The position numbers and the translations under genes were made by a program. Under the pieces are notes generated by a model. That model did not search any database, was not told where the DNA came from, and saw nothing but the letters and a program-made list of their open reading frames with translations. Shown here one piece after another: positions 49,453 through 62,989 of a stretch of 64,000 nucleotides of DNA; the first letter of the stretch is position 1; each line of letters begins with the position of its first letter. The DNA lies in NCBI RefSeq assembly GCF_902713615.1, contig NC_052153.1, forward strand, positions 9,683,569-9,747,568, given 5' to 3'. This DNA is from Scyliorhinus canicula (Eukaryota).

Positions 49453-52400
49453 TCTTTCCTAAATTAAATGATGTAATTTGGGAGGTACCCTTGGCTTAGG
49501 AAAGTGAACTTCAGATAGGGTATCTATTCCTGATTACTGTTCATCTACCTGCCTTGGTAAGATTTTTATTCTTTCAAGGAACCTTTAAGTGAGCTGTGCG
49601 AATGGCAGGTGATAATATATATATTTTATATATATATAAAAAATCGATATTCAGTCATCAAATTGTCCAGGAGCTTGTGTGCAAAGTGGCTACTGCATTC
49701 CCTATTTTGCAACAACAACTGCACTTCAGCTGACTGGCTGCAATTGCAGACGACACAACTAATAAGAGTAGCAATGGTAGGACTTTGGAGGTTGTAAAAT
49801 ATTGTGTCTGAGCAAATATTCGGCAAGGTATGAAAGTTTTCATTCTGGGGGGGGGGGGGGGGGGGGTGTCTTGAGTTTAAAAAAAATATTTTTTTCCTTA
49901 AATTTTGTTGGAATACGTTGCTATTGCTGAGTTTTGTCGAACATTCTTTAACATTTGTTATAATGCGCTAATCGGGATTCACATGCCAGCCTGAGAATAA
50001 ATCCAATGTGATTAGCATATCTCTTTTACTCTCTCCCTCTTTGAGTTTGTTTTTTTAAACTTAATATACTTTTTGTCCTGTTATATTTTTTGAACTTTTG
50101 CCCTTGGGAATTAGTGCAGCAGGAAAATGGGTCAATACTGATTGTCAAAACGAAATGACGGTGCTATTCAAATGAATAAACAGACCATTGGACATGTAAC
50201 TTGGGTGTGAAATTACGAGTAGAGCTGAATCTGAGCCACCTATTGTTGCTGATTTTTGTGTAAACAGTGTCAAATGTCGCATTATAGGAATGAAAGTGTG
50301 ATCCATATGAGCTTGCAAGGCACAATTAAATAGTGTAGCAGCACAGAATTTCTGGAGCTATTCCATAAATGCACACCTGATATGTTGTCGGTTTTTCCTT
50401 CCAGTTACTTTCAAAGAAAGTTTAAATATTACAATTGAGCCAAGTGACAATTCAAGAGCAACTTGTTTTTCTAAATTGGCTTTGAATTCCACAGGTTCTA
50501 AATATTTTTATATGCTGCAAAGACATTTATTGAGAATATAAATATTTATATACAGACATGCCACCTCACGTGAGTTAAACGTTTAAAATAGTTTCAAATA
50601 TCTAAAAACCCTAATATTTGTGTTACTCGCAAGATGATTTCATATTTGAAGCCACCATTTTATTAAAGAAAAATATTACTCTATATAACTACTGTTCCAG
50701 CGCGGTCCTTTAATAGAAGGATTCCTCTGGAGATCAGAAAATAACACTATTCCTAACAAAGTGAAGTGAAACACTGATCGCTGCCTCCAGCTGATAATTA
50801 AAATCTTGCAAAGTGCAGCTACTAATCCGTATTCTTGTGTAACATGGATTGCTGAAAACCCTAATGTATGCTTTTGTTGCCTGCAGACTCAGCTGTTGCT
50901 GTACTCCCAGGGATAGCATCTCACCTCCTCCACACTAAACTTGAGCTCATTCAGATCTGCACATCCTTTCTTGCGCCGTGTCCCATTCACCCATCGCCCT
51001 TGTGACTGCTGACCTATATTGAGCTGCAGTCTGACAAAGCCTCGATTTTTGACATCCTCATCCTTGCGTTCAAATCCCCCCACGACCTTCCTCACCCCTA
51101 TCTCTAACACCCTCCAGCTTTCCGATCTCTACACTGCTTCAATTCCAACCTTTTTGAGTGTCCCCAATTTACTTTATCCATCGACTTGTGGTGATGCTTT
51201 TGGCTACGCTGGACGGAAAGGTGTGGAATTTCTCCTCTCAACCTCTCCCTCTTTAAGCCACCTCTTTGTCCAAACCTTTGGTCAGTTCTACTATCGCTGT
51301 CAAATTGTGTCTTGAGAGCATTTCTATGAAATGCCTTGGATCATCTGGAAATGCAAGTTGTTAAGTCTTGACTGCTGCATTTTTAAATGTGTCTATTGAC
51401 GTTTAAAAAAAAAACTAATCATAACATGGCGTCCATAAACACAACGTTCTCCCTGTTCACCTCTGCCTCTGAGATACTGCTTAGGTTTTAAAGAGAAACG
51501 AGAAATGGTTGCCTTTTTTTGCAAAGAATTAATTTCTTACCCGGGGCAAAGTTTCCTCCTGTCAAATTTCTGTTTTGAGGACTGAAAGGGGTGCTCTATC
51601 TCTAATTACGATGTTGTAATGTTTAGATAGGCAAAGGTTTGGAGGTGAATGATGCTGAAGATATTCCAGGAATGTATTTTGCATCAACTTTGTGCCGATT
51701 GCAACATCAGGTAGACACCACTGGAGGCTCATTGCATACAATGGGCTAGAGTATGTTGAGTCTCTGCTTGCAAGTTTCACTTGCCATATGAGGCCATGAA
51801 AGCAAACAAGCATGAAGTCACGTATCAGTATTGGTATATAACTTTTTGTGAGGGGAACAATTTTTAGTCCATTCTCCACAGTAGAACTGGTGAAATTTGT
51901 GTTTGTATCTATTCGCCCCACGTACTCCCTTTCCCAATTAACAGCAATATAAAGAAGCTCCCTCAGGCTGCAATCCCAACAGGTATAACACTATTCCATT
52001 GTATATTTACACACGATCTTGGAATTTCTGTTGTATTTTGGTGTGGACTTTATAGTTCTCTCATTCTGCTGGGTGTTCTTTGATGCCTGTGAATAATGCA
52101 CTTTTAATTGTATTGTTTATGTCTGCATCTTGTTGCAAGAGCTCTTTCCAGCTGTCTATAAAGCTACTGTTTGTATTCAATTTTTAAAAAACTAGTCCAG
52201 CGGTATTATTTGAGTGGTTTTTTTTGTCTATGTATTTACCTTATGCATTTTGCCATAAAATTGCTGTAAATTTGCTTTATTTAAAACCTAATGAGAATAC
52301 TGTGGCATGCTTTAGACAAATACGTCCCTTAAGTATTCAAAAGCCTTTTAATTGAAAAATATGAATTTCTCTCCATCACATTTTGGAATGTACTTTATGT

Positions 52401-52979
52401 CGAAGGCCTGTTCTGAGATCTGCTTCGGTCTAATCTTAGCCGATGGAATGGACAGGTTTAAAAACTCACAGACACATCTCTTCTTTTTAAACTATTCTTG
52501 ATCAGATTTGTTGCAAGATTGACTGATCTTATTTATAGATCGAGTACGAGAACCTTAATCGGGGATCTGTGTGATTGTGCATTTCTAGGTATATCACTGA
52601 GGGAGGAGGGGAAATCAAAGAATGAAATTAACCGCTCATTAGTATATTCATTTATTATCGACTCCAAAATTGTGCGGTTGAAGGGAGGGGTTGTTGAATA
52701 TTCATCTAATCGGAACTTGGCAACTATAGTTTACGTGTCAGTACTTTGTGGACATCAGTATTGTCACACCAGAAATGTGAAATATCACAAGTAAACTGCC
52801 TTCAAGAATTAAAACCAGCTAAGTAAGAATTGAACAGTACAGCTCTCAATGCTCATCTCAATTGTGAGAAAACCTTGTGTGAATGTACTGGCACCCACAC
52901 AGTCTCCTAATGTTTTGGGAGCCCAAATTGCTGTTTAATAGGTAACCCAACTGAGTAGCAAAGACAATGTCCAGTAATT

Positions 52980-53240
52980 AGAATTCCGACAGTGCAGAAG
53001 GAGGCCATTTGGCCCATCAACCTCTGACAGAGCACCCTACCTAGGCCCAATCCCCTACCCTATCTCCATAACCCCATCTAGGGGCAATGTAGCATATAGA
53101 GTTCACCTAACTTGCACATCATTGGATTGGTAGAAAACCCACACACGGGGCATGTGGAAACCATGCAGTCAGCCAAGGTCGGAATCGAACCTGGGTCTTT
53201 GCTGCTGTGAGGCAGCAGTGCTAACCACTGTGCCACCCCT
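52980..53240 (-). mobile_element. Decayed HE1-like SINE
   Basis: tRNA head and CR1-type tail. Confidence 0.72.
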
Positions 53241-54563
53241 AAATTGGTCAACTGCATATAATGACACAGGATTGTAAGTTTAAAATGTTCTACTTTTGGT
53301 AGAACAGTGTTTTATGCCATGTGAACTTTTGAAAAGTTTTAAATAAATGAATATTTCAGAGCATGTGTTTGAAATTGTTTACAATAAAGATGTTCTATTC
53401 TGTGGACATGAATATTTCACTTAGCTGAAGGGCAAATCGTATAGTTCAACAAATTCAGGTTAGAGACAGGAAGGATGAGCTTATTGGTCGGAAAAGCTTG
53501 GGTTTTAATAGTCTGGGAAGAGAATACCCTAAGATAAGGGGTTCCATAGCTCTGAGGGACTGCGACAAGGTAACATCAGTTGCTGTGAAAGTGGATAGAA
53601 TCATAGAACTTACAGTGCAAAATGAGGCCATTCAGCCCATTAAGTGCACCCTACTTAAGCCCACACCTCCACCCTATCCCCATAACTGCACCTAACCTTT
53701 TAGACACTAAGGGGCAAGTTAGCTTGGCCAATCCACCTAACTCGCACCTCTTTGGACTGGGAGGAAACCAGAGCACCCGGATCTAATGATGTCTGCTGTT
53801 AGCTAGACTCAACCTTGCACGTTTCAGGTTTTTGAATTTTTTTTCATGCTGAAAATGCGAGCTGAAGTTGTATGAATTTATGATCTAGGAGTGAGCCTGT
53901 TCTGCCATTGATAAGACGATGGCTGATCTGATTGTGGCCTTCGCTCTACTTTCACTCTAAACCTTCGACTTGTTATTCAGGAATCTGGCGAATTCAGCCA
54001 TTAAAATATTCAATGATCCTCAGAGAAAAACATTCTCCTTATCTTCATCTTAGTGGGAGACTGTGTTCCCGAGTTCTAGTGTCTCCCAGCAAAGTGCCCT
54101 CAGGACCTTATGCTTCAATAAAATTAGTTCACATTCTTCTCAAATCCAATGAATACAGGCTCAGCCTGTCCAACCTTTGTAGAATAACCCTGTCATCCCA
54201 GGTATCAGACAAGTGAATCTTCTCTGAACTGCTAATGTAATTATATCATGCGCATATACTTCAGATGTAATCTAAGACTGTAAACTGCAGCACCATCTCA
54301 GACAATTATAGAATCCTGACAGTGCAGAAGGAGGCCACTCGGCCCATTAAGTATATACTGACCCTCTGAAAGAGCACTCCACACATGCCACCCTTTACTC
54401 CAGATCTGGAGCCCGAATGGGTATTGCCTCAAATGGTCGGAGCACTGACTACATGGTCTGCAAGCTGTTCTCTGCCAATACTGAGTCAGGCTTTTCCGGG
54501 TTCAGGGGAGTGGGTTCCTGGCATAGGGAAGGTCAATCTGTACCTGAATGTGGGCCGTGATTG

Positions 54564-55162
54564 TAGGGTTGCCAACTCTAGCTGGGCATAGTCTGGGAAA
54601 TGTCACATGACCGCTTACCTTCAGCTGCCTCTCCCCCACTCCTGCCATTGGTCTCTGAGCTGGGTTGAGAGCCGCAGAGCTCAGGACTGCCCCTCTCTCT
54701 CTCTCTTCCCCCCCCCCCCCCCCCCCCCCCAGGCCCTCACTATATTTCGGGCTGAACCCAGCTACTGCCCCCCCCCCCCTTTCCTGGGAACAGCTGGCCT
54801 TTGGGCAAGGACAACACGGTGGCGCCACCCTCCTCCACTTGCACCTCCTCCTCAGAAGTGCTGCGGGTGGTGAGGAGACACAAACCAATCCCTGGGCTCC
54901 TCAGAGAGCCCGATGGTGTCAACTCAGCACCAGGGGCCGCCATCTTTACTGAAATAGAACAGACTCTGCAAATGTCAGTCCACTTTCAGCCCCCTCCCAC
55001 CTGCCTGCCAACCCCAACCCCTCATTCACTTAATGTCCATGAACATTTCATAATCACATATCCGCAATCTCCCGGACTGCTATCAGTGGTCACTGGGAGA
55101 AGATGCCAATTCTGCAAAACTCCTCATTCTCCTGGTCATTGGGATGTTGCTTGGCAGCGCTC
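54564..55162. mobile_element. Possible decayed hAT-type MITE
   Basis: TAGGGTTGCCAA left end and degenerate TTGGCAGCGCT right end; no TSD confirmed. Confidence 0.35.
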
Positions 55163-55168
55163 TCTTAT

Positions 55169-55393
55169 TTTTTTTTTAAATTTAGATTACCCAATTATTT
55201 TTTCCAATTAAGGGGCAATTTAGCATGGCCAATCCACCCACCCTGCACATCTTTGGGTTGTGGGGGCGAAACCCACGCAGACACGGGGAGAATGTGCAAA
55301 CTCCACACGGACAATGGCCCAGAGCCGGGATCGAACCTGGGACCTCGGCGCCGTGAGGCGCTTGTGCTAACCACTAGGCCACCGTGCTGCCCC
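55169..55393 (-). mobile_element. Short V-SINE
   Basis: 16-bp TSD GGCAGCGCTCTCTTAT at 55153-55168 and 55394-55409. Confidence 0.87.
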
Positions 55394-55619
55394 GGCAGCG
55401 CTCTCTTATAATCCCTTCCATTTAACAGCTCTGTTGGTGACTTCATATCAGCCTTGAGATGGTTTGAAGTGAACAGAAGGCAAGTTTAGGAACTCCTTTG
55501 TCTCTCTGCATCCTCTAACCACCTGGATGTGTCTTTCTATAAACCTGTGTCCCCATGGATAATGTAGTGACAAGGTGATGATCGCATACTGTGGGAGGCC
55601 GTCCTGTGGAACCTACAAC

Positions 55620-55924
55620 CATAGAATTCTTACAGTGCAGAAGGAGGCCATCAGGTCTGCACTGACCCTCTGAAAAAGCATCCTCCCATGGCCCACTCCC
55701 CCGCCTTATCCCTATACCCACAAACTATACATCTTTGGACAGTAAGGGGCAATTTAGCATGCCCAATCCACCTAGCCTGCCCATCTTTGGATTGTGGGAG
55801 GAAACCCACGTAACACGGGAAGAAAGTACAAACTCCTCACAGACGGTGACCCGATGCAGGAATTGAAACCAGGTCCCTGGCGCTGTGAGGCAGCATTGCT
55901 AACCACTGTGCCACCGTGCCGCCC
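55620..55924 (-). mobile_element. HE1-like SINE
   Basis: tRNA head, V core, CR1-type tail. Confidence 0.8.
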
Positions 55925-56069
55925 AAGGTGATGTTGAACCCATTCTGTTCAGTGGAGGTGAATTGAGTTCCATTGCCGTGTATTATTTATTCAGGAGTCT
56001 CTTGCTCAGACCTTGTCCCACTGGGGTGATTGTTGCAGCTCTCAAATCTTCCACACTTCGGATAAAAGG

Positions 56070-56445
56070 AAACTTTTTTTTAAAGCATTTTTATTCCACA
56101 AATATTCAACATTTTTACAATTTGCAACCACCCCACAAACCCCCTAGCCCACCAAGTCTCCCCCTCCCTCAGCAGTCAACAGTAACCAACTCCCCAAAAT
56201 GCAAAATAAACAAACCCCAAAAATTGTAGAACCCATCACTCGCCGCCCCCCCCGCCCCCAACTTAGAGCAAATTTCACCTTCTCCAGGTTTGGAGACTCC
56301 AGCAGGACCCTCCGCCACGCCGACGCACAGGGTGGAGAAGCTGACCTCCACCCCAACAAGACCTGTCTACGAGCAATCAGCGAGGCGAAGGTTAAAATAT
56401 CTTCCTCCACCGTCGCCTGCAACTCTGGCTGGTCCGACACCAGCT
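56070..56445 (-). mobile_element. L1-like 3' fragment
   Basis: VSDQPEL...FASLIARRQVLLGWRSASPP...LEKVKF, homologous to 15650-15900. Confidence 0.78.
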
Positions 56446-57102
56446 CCTGCACATCTTTTTCTCTGACTGGTGTGCACCCTTTTGTTGGTGTTTCACCACC
56501 GTCAGCCCCCTCTGCCCCCCGCTACCTCTCTCTTGACTTAACTGAAAGTTAGCTGATTGGACAGTGTTATCACCCAAAGAGGAAGAGTGACCTGGCTCCC
56601 CTCTATTCAACCTCCTCTAACCAACCTCCTCAGTTGCCTTCAACACCAGTTTTTACATTTCTTTTCTTGTTAAGAAATTGTCGACATACCTGATTCCTGC
56701 CCTCGGCCTTGAAATTCACATTGGTGTATCTGATCATCTAATTTTGGCTGGAGCTGTGTGCTGAACTTTTCAAAAACTTTATGTGGATTTCTGCTGTCAT
56801 CTTTTCTCAACTCCCAGCTGGTAAAACATTTAACCCTTTCTCTCCTGCCAACAAAAGTATGTAGCTAACCTTTTCCTCTTTGTAAACATTTCAAATGCCT
56901 TTACGACATCTTCGGCCTCCCTATTCATCGCGGGCTGGAGCTGTGTGTTTATTGCTGGAGTGGCTATTTCGTTTTGTTGCGATCCCGGCTGATGTTACCA
57001 CTGGGCAGTCAGGTCCCAGAGAGGAACCTTGGCCCAGTAGGCCGTAACGTTTATTTGTTTAGAGATATGGATGAACAGAGTCACAAGACTGCCAATTAAC
57101 TT

Positions 57103-57326
57103 CTTAAAAAATTTTAGATTACCCAATTCATTTTTTCCAATTAAGGGGCAATTTAGCATGGCCAATCCACCTACTCTGCACATTTTTTTGGGTTGTGGGG
57201 GCGAAACCCACGCAGACACGGGGAGAATGTGCAAACTCCACACGGACAGTGACCCAGAGCCGGGATCGAACCCGGGACCTCGGCGCCGTGAGGCAGCTGT
57301 GCTAACCACTAGGCCACCATGCTGCC
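57103..57326 (-). mobile_element. Short V-SINE
   Basis: 14-bp TSD CTGCCAATTAACTT. Confidence 0.86.
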
Positions 57327-58139
57327 CTGCCAATTAACTTTTTTAACAAAATAATAAAACATTTATTGAATAAGGAAAGATTAACTATAATGCACTTCTC
57401 CCTGACTCCCATGACACCTTTACAAATATGAACTGATTTATAAAGATTGCACAAATGACAAAATATCACAAATTCTAATGTTCTCGATAAGTACACAGTC
57501 CATGTTAACCAATAGGCAAAATGTGGTCCGATACATCACTGAGACCAAGTGACAGATCCAACCCAAAACAACTTCTGCAGATTTCTCATCAAATCCCCCA
57601 TATGCTCGTCACAATGTGCGCCCACCTGATCTCACTCGGACTCTGGCTTTCACATGGCAGTTTCCAAACGCCACTCTTGAGGAACACACTTCGAAAACTT
57701 CCCACATACAAGGCTTTCTCTCTGATGCCTTCATCAAGGATCCACATCCAGGATTTCGACCTCTCCTTTCAGTATTCCGTCTTGGATGTCCACGTGCTTT
57801 CAAGCTTCCAGGAAATCTTTCAGATACCCAGCCATGCCAACAGAACACTACTTCTTCACAGGCTGTACGAAGGTGTCACCAACCCTAACATCTGATTACT
57901 TCAGATATCTGCCTTCTCACTAGCTGACCTCTCCAGGTCTGTACTTTCCAGCTCTGTCTTTAATCGGGAGTATCTCTCAGCTCCTTTCTTTAACTTCAGT
58001 GAACAGTACCTTGTTAAGATTCCAATTCTTTGTCCCTTTGACTTCAGCCTTCCCGAGCTGTAACTAGCATCTTGATTAAAAAGGAAGCTATTATTCTGTC
58101 TGCCTGTAATAAAACACAGTGAAGTACATTACTTGTTCT

Positions 58140-58575
58140 CACGCTCACATCCCTGTCCTCGGCCTGCCACAGTGTTCCAGTGAAGCCCAACGCAAGCTTG
58201 AGGCACAGAACCTCATCTTCCGATTAACCACTTTGCAATCTTCTGGACTCAACATTGAATTCAACAACCTCAGGCCATGAATCCTGTCCCCCATTTTGAA
58301 TTCTCTGCCCCAAGCGCCAGTCCGTATCCCTTTCTCATTTTGTTTTCTTTCAGTCAGCATTGACGATTTTTCTGCTACTAACACCTCCTCTGTATCTTTA
58401 ATAACACCATCACCAGTCCCTTTGCCTTGTGTTCTATGACATCTTTGTCATTTAATCTCCCTTTGTCATTTAATCTCCGACTTTCCAATTTTCTCCACCA
58501 GCCCCCCTCCCCTTTTCCATCAGGATAAAACCCATCACATTCCTCCTTATCATCAGTTCGGAAGAAGGGTCAATC
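58140..58575 (+). mobile_element. Penelope-like 3' fragment, second family
   Basis: CSSEAQRKLEAQNLIFRLTTLQSSGLNIEFNN GIY-YIG tail; related decayed piece near 62480-62990. Confidence 0.72.
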
Positions 58576-58579
58576 ATAG

Positions 58580-58892
58580 AGGTGGTGGCATGGTAACAGA
58601 GTGGTTAACACTGCTGCCTCTTGGCGCCTGGGACCTGGGTTCGATTCCCCGCTGGGTCACTGTCTGCGCGGAGTCTGCACTTTCTCCCCGTGTCTGCGTG
58701 GGTTTCCTCCGGGTGCTCCGGTTTCCTCCCGCAAGTCCCGAAAGACGTGCTTGTCAGGTGAACTTGACATTCTGAATTCTCCCTCAGTGTACCCGAACAG
58801 GCACCGGAATGTGGCAACTAGGGGCTTTTCACAGTAACTTCATCGCAGTGTTAATGTAAGCCTATTTGGTGACAATAAAAATTATTATTATA
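58580..58892 (+). mobile_element. V-SINE with (ATT)n tail
   Basis: Same structure as 4768-5075. Confidence 0.82.
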
Positions 58893-59099
58893 TTTGTGCT
58901 TGACTGCTTTTCCATTGCGTGTGGATAATGAACCATTCCCCCACTACAAAACCCTCACTCGGTACTCCTGCAAACCTCACAGTGAGGAGGTAGGTGGCAG
59001 TATGAGCGCTTCTATTGAAGTCTCTGCCCCATCTTGTGTCCACTGGAGATGGTGAAGAGTTTGTGTATTCAGTGGGCTGGTCTCCCCCCTCCAGTGAAT

Positions 59100-59253
59100 C
59101 CCGGTGACATCAGTTCCTTCAGTGGGAGCCTGGGCGGAGTTTATTTTGCAAAAAAAAAGTATTAGCTCAGCAACAGAGTGAGTAGCATTAAAAAGACAGA
59201 GCGGGGGGGAAGCATAAAGTAGATTTCTTTGCAGAGAGGAGAGGGTGAAAAGC
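59100..59253 (+). promoter_or_regulatory. Putative GNG10 proximal promoter / 5' UTR
   Basis: TGACATCA 59105-59112, GC box GGGCGG 59132-59137. Confidence 0.4.
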
Positions 59254-59334
59254 ATGAGTACAAACTCCAGCGTGTCGAGCATGCAGCGGATGGTGGAGCA
59301 GCTGAAGTTTGAGGCAGGAATCGAGAGGATGAAG
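59254..59334 (+). CDS. GNG10: GNG10 (G-protein gamma 10) first coding exon; rest lies beyond the window
   Basis: MSTNSSVSSMQRMVEQLKFEAGIERMK then GTGGGT donor; 81 nt; resembles the GNG10/GNG5 N-terminus, and its position downstream of DNAJC25 matches GNG10. Confidence 0.88.
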
Positions 59335-60281
59335 GTGGGTGAATGAAGCGCGGGGATACAAAATTGCTACATTTTGTATCGAGAACGCGAGCGTTCCATT
59401 CCCGGGGAGGGAAAGAAATTGCAACAAATGTATCCGTTTCCCCCCCAGGTTACACCCTGGGGGAAGAATGGATCTCAAGTGTTGCAAAAGTTACATTGTG
59501 CATCTTTAGTTTGAGACACATTTCTCTCCCTCCAACAGACGCCACACGCGGCTTTTGCTAACATGGGTGTAAAAAGTTATTTCTTTTAATTTTTCAAAAG
59601 AAAGTTGTACCCAAAACAGAACCGTGCAACCTGGGGTACTTTGCATTCCTCAAACTGGGCACTTTGCATTCCCCCCAAACTGCAGGTTTGACTGAGGCTC
59701 GGGGCACCCCTGCCTCCTCCCACTCCACTGCCAACGGCCAGACAGTTAAACATACCGGAGCTTGGTGCCAAGAAAGAGTTGCATTTCTGTAGCGCCTCCC
59801 CATGCCCCAGGGTGCCCCAAAGCGTGTGAAATAGACGCTGGGAAATGCCCAGCAGTCCGGCAACATCGCTGGTGGAACTCCGAAACGCAGGCGATAGGGA
59901 CAGACGAATTGGGAGCAGGAGATGGCCATTTGGCCCCTCGAGCGTGCCCCCGTCATTCCGCAAGCTGATTGTGGCCTCAACTCTACTTCACCGCCTTGCC
60001 CCAATATCGTTTGGCTCGATTGTTAGTCAAGAATCTAACAGTGCGGAGTTTGTACGTTCTCCCCGTGTGTGCGTGGGTTTCCTCCGGGGTGCTCCGGTTC
60101 CCTCCCACAGTCCAAAGATGTGCAGGTTAGGTGGGGCTATGGAGATAAGGTGGGGGAGTGGGTCTAGGTAACGCTTCTTCCAGAGTGTCATTGCAGACTT
60201 GATGGGCTGAATGGCCTCCTTCTGCGCTGTAGGGATTTTGAGAATCTATCTACTTTACAAATATTCTTTTTTTTCCCCTTT

Positions 60282-60505
60282 TTAAAAAATAAATTTAGAG
60301 TACCTAATTATTTCTTTCCCACGAAGGGGCAATTTAGCGTAGCCAATCCACCCAGCCTGCACAATTTTGGGTTGTGGGGGTGAGCCCACAGAGACACGGT
60401 GCGAATGTGCAAACTCCACATGGACAGTGACCCGGGGCCAGGATCGAATCCGGATCCTCAGCGCCGTAGGCAGCAGTGCTAACCACTGCGCCACCATGCC
60501 GCCCT
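60282..60505 (-). mobile_element. Short V-SINE
   Basis: A/B boxes and family tail. Confidence 0.8.
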
Positions 60506-61434
60506 GCCGTACAAATATTCAACGATCCGACCCTGCCTTCACCACTCTCCCGGGGTACAGCGTTCCAAAGATTTACAAATCTCCGAGAGAAAATTATTCT
60601 CATCTCCGTCTTAATCGAAAGCCCACTTCATCCTTATTTTTAAACTTGTGCACCCCTAATCGAGTCTCTTTTGCAAAACGCAATATCTTGTGTTTTATCG
60701 GATACAGGGAGAATAGCTCCTATTTTTATCGCAATGACTGTTCACAGCAATCCTTCCTTTGAGCCTGAGGTTGGTGAATTGATCCAGTCCAGACTTTGTG
60801 TGAGATCTCCGATGGTGTTTGTTGCACAGTATTCGGGGAGCTCTGCATTGTCGGCGGTGCCGTGAGGTGGGGTCGGTCGCAACTTTTTCAACATTTAATT
60901 TCTTCCACTTTGCACCTTTTTGTAAATTTGAACTGATGTAATGTTGCCAGTGTCCTAATGTCGTTCGCCCCCCTCCCCCACCCATCTCAACCTGCTGACT
61001 TGAAATTGACTTTCAACCTGGCGAAGCCTTGATTTTAAAAATTCTCTTCCTTATTTTGAAACCTGCTCCATGGCCTCTGATTCCGCCTCAGTTGGAATAT
61101 TGTGTTCCGATCTGAGCGCCCAACTTTGTATTTGTTTTATTGTCACGTATACCGAGGTACAGCGAAAAGCATTGTTCCGCATACAGTCCCGATACGTGAA
61201 AATAAACATGGGGCATGCATAAATACACAATGTCAATACATAGACACAAGCATCGGGTGAAGCATACAGTTGTGTAGTGCTACTCAGTAGAGAAGATGTG
61301 TGAGGAGATCAGTTCAGTCCATAAGAGGGTCATTCAGGAGTCTGGTAACAGTGGATTGGGAGAGGATGCAGAAAAGCTTCACAAGAATGATTCCAGAGGT
61401 GAGAAATTAGTTCTGTAGATAGATTGGAGGAATA

Positions 61435-61680
61435 TAGAATCCCTACAGGGCAGAAGGAGGCCACTTGGCCCATCGAGTCTGCACCGCCCTCCAAAAGAGC
61501 ACCCTACCTAGGCCCACTTTCTGCTCCACCCCACTCCACCCTTTCCCCGTTACCTAAACTGGACATCCTTGGGCACTTAAGGGCAATTTAGCATGGCCGA
61601 TCCACCTATCCTGCACATCTTTGGACTGTGGGAGGAAACGCGGAGCAACCCGGAGGAAACCCACGCGGACACGGGGAGAA
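61435..61680 (-). mobile_element. 5'-truncated HE1-like SINE inside a CR1 remnant
   Basis: V core and CR1-type tail. Confidence 0.72.
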
Positions 61681-62989
61681 GTTAGGACTGTTTTCCTTTG
61701 AGAAGTGAAGGTTGAGAGGAGATTTTCTGGAGGTGTCACAAATAAGGAGTTAGTCTGGACAGCGCAGAGAGAGAGAAGGGCTTCCCATTGGCGGAGGGTT
61801 TGAGACCCAGAGGGCACGGATTTGGGGTAACTGGTGAAAGAAGCAGTGGTGACTCGAGGAGAAACCTTTCCACCCAGCGCGGGGTTGAGGTTTGGAATGC
61901 ACCGCCTGAGAGTGTGGTGGAGGCAGGATCAATCGAGACTTTCAGGAAGGGATTGGATCATTATCTGAAAAGGAAGAATGCACAGGGCTGCTGGAAAAAT
62001 GCAGAGGATTGGCATGAGGTGAATTGTGCCAGCAGCGGGCCAGCATCGACCTGATGGGCCGAAAGGCCTCCGCCTGTGCTGCAACTATTCTACGATTCTC
62101 CGCTCTCCCTTACCTGTGTAATCTTCCACAACTCGCGGGTTTCTGTGCTCCAGTAATCCTGAACTCTTTTATAAAAGCCCAGTTATCCTCGTTCTGCCAT
62201 TGGCAGCCAGGCCAAAAGCTGCCCTGGGCCCCAAGACCACTCCAGGTCTCCTACTCCCCCGTCCCGCTCCACGTCCTCCTCCTTTAAGATGCTCCTTAGC
62301 ATTTGCCTCTTTGGCCAAGCAATAAACAGAAAATATTGCAGAATCTCATCCCGCCATGCAGCGACCATGGGGGGGGGGGGGGGGGGGGGAAGCAGAGATA
62401 AAGTCTCCGCCCCGATCCTTCATCAGAACTGAGGGACGGTATAAACGGAATCGGGATTGAGCAAATGGAAGGGGTCGAGGAAGAACACTTTGCTCCCACT
62501 CTGACCATTCTGTCTTTGGCCTGCTCCAGTGTTAGAGTGAAACACGAGGGACAGCATTTTGTCTTTCAACTCCTCACTCAGCATCTTTCAGGACTTGTGT
62601 ATCAAGCTGGAGGCAGAGATTACATGTGTGTGTTTCCTTGCTGTGTCAGTCTTGTCTTGTTTCTTTCTTTATCCCTTCATGTTGCATTCAGTCGCTTGCT
62701 ATTGTAGCCATTTGCCTCACTTGGACCCATCTTTTGTTCCTTTATCATATCCATTACCCCTCTCTTTGGCTGTTGCATCATGTTGTCATTTAATCTCCGC
62801 TGCCCTATCGCAAAGCTTTCCTCTCGCCCTTCCTGGCCCCGCTTTAATCTCCGCTGTCCTATTGCAAACTTCCCTTTTGTCCTTCCTGGCCTCTCGCCCT
62901 TCCAGCTCAAAACATTTTAATCTTTCTTCAGTTCCATTCAAAGGTCACCTCGACCTCCAGCGTTAACCCTGTCTCCCTCTGCTACCTGA

